DNA from: Carcharhinus longimanus | Lineage: Eukaryota | Length of the DNA stretch: 64,000 bases | Assembly (NCBI GenBank): GCA_030264375.1 | Contig: JASCQW010000137.1 | Location: 26,966,358-27,030,357 of the forward strand | Direction of reading: 5' to 3' | Shown here: positions 62,850-64,000 of the stretch, piece after piece | How positions within the stretch are numbered: position 1 is the first letter of the stretch | How the letters are laid out: each line of letters opens with the position of its first letter | Position numbers and translations under genes: made by a program | The notes under the pieces: generated by a model | Database searches by the model: none | The model's input: only the letters and a program-made list of their open reading frames with translations | What the model was told of the DNA's origin: nothing

Positions 62850-64000
62850 TATATTCCAATTAAACCTTCATTTTGGAAAATTATGACCAGTATGTTCACT
62901 ATCTCTACTGCTATTGCTTTTAGAACCTGAAGGTGTGGGCCATTAAATCTATTAGCTTCTAGTCCCTTAAGTTCCTCCAATATTTTTTCTCTGCTGAGAA
63001 TTAATTTAAGTTGCTCACTCTTAGTAGCCCCTTGATAACCCTCTGTTTCCAACATATAGTTTGTGTCTTCTACCGTGAAGACAGGTGCAAAATATTTGTT
63101 GAATGTTTCTGCCATTTCCTCATTCCCTATGACCATCTTTCTGCCTCTGCCTCTGAGGAGCCAACGTTTACTTCAGCTATTTTTCTCTTTGATATAGCTG
63201 CAAAATCACTTGAAATCCGTCTTTTCTTCCTGGTAGTTGGCTATCTTTTTTTTAAAAAAATTACTTTTTGGCTACACTTTGGTGGTTTCTATATCCCTTC
63301 CAATCTTCAGACTTAGTACACTACTTCAACATTATAAGCCTCTTTTTAACTTTAAAACTATCCTTAACTTCCCTAGTGTACCATGGATGTCTCTTTGTGG
63401 GTCGAACTTTTGTTTTTCAATGGAATATATTTTTGTGGAACATTTTGAATTGTCTCTTTGCTTTCCACTGTTTTATTTCCCACCATGTCTTTTGATCTGT
63501 TTACCCAATCAATCTTAACTGGCTGCCCCTCTTACCTGGCAATTAGCTTTGTTAAGGTTTAAAATGCTTGTTTTGGACTGGACTAGAGGCTATCAAATTT
63601 AATATGGAATTCAATTGTGTTTATGATCTTTTTTTTCCCCCAGANNNNNNNNNNNNNNNNNNNNCATAATACTAGATGTAAAATACTTTATCCTTAATTT
63701 GTTCCACAACGTATTGTTTGAGGAAATATCGAAGTATTTTACAATTCTTCCAGATTACTTTTGTCAATTTGATTGGTCCACTCTGCATGGAAGCCTTCAC
63801 AATTAATGCATTGCCTTTGTTACAAACTTCAGTTATTTCTTGCGTATTATTCTGTCCTCATCTAAAAACTATTGCTACTGCCATTTTGACCCCCATTATT
63901 CCTAATTTTCTCCTATACTTATTCCACTTCTGATCTTCCGAGCTAAGGTCCTTTCTGATTGCCGTCCTTACACATCATCCTTTTCAATCAGGGTTACTCC
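62850..64000 (-). mobile_element. CR1-type LINE ORF2 remnant, continues beyond the window
   Basis: GNEEMAETFNKYFAPVFTVED...KILEELKGLEAN. Confidence 0.8.

Overview
Vertebrate nuclear DNA, almost certainly a shark (elasmobranch HE1-type tRNA-SINEs, CR1/L2, RTE, Rex1/Babar, Penelope and Deu-domain SINE remnants), from a draft assembly with many N gaps. It has two host genes on the + strand. (1) A complete 13-coding-exon MFSD11 (UNC93-like MFS transporter) at 737-29514; all introns are GT-AG and the exons join in frame to 1356 nt (451 aa plus stop). It is driven from a CpG-island promoter at 1-720 that is probably bidirectional (SRSF2 by synteny; no coding sequence of it is visible). (2) The 5' end of STX8 (syntaxin-8), with exon 1 at 43617-43633 and exon 2 at 55512-55611. 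Most of the rest is decayed transposons, including an old full-length Gypsy LTR element in STX8 intron 1 with nested SINE/LINE insertions. Almost all ORFs in the supplied track are TE fragments or spurious. The most unusual observations are a highly structured poly(A)-tailed insert carrying a U2 snRNA 5' segment (13895-14166), young TSD-flanked hairpin elements and degenerate hammerhead-ribozyme-like cores in Penelope-type repeats, a palindromic minisatellite after STX8 exon 1, a templated 83-bp insertion in a SINE, and the MFSD11-STX8 adjacency. Family assignments come from memory of consensus sequences, not database searches. No clearly new biological system is proven.
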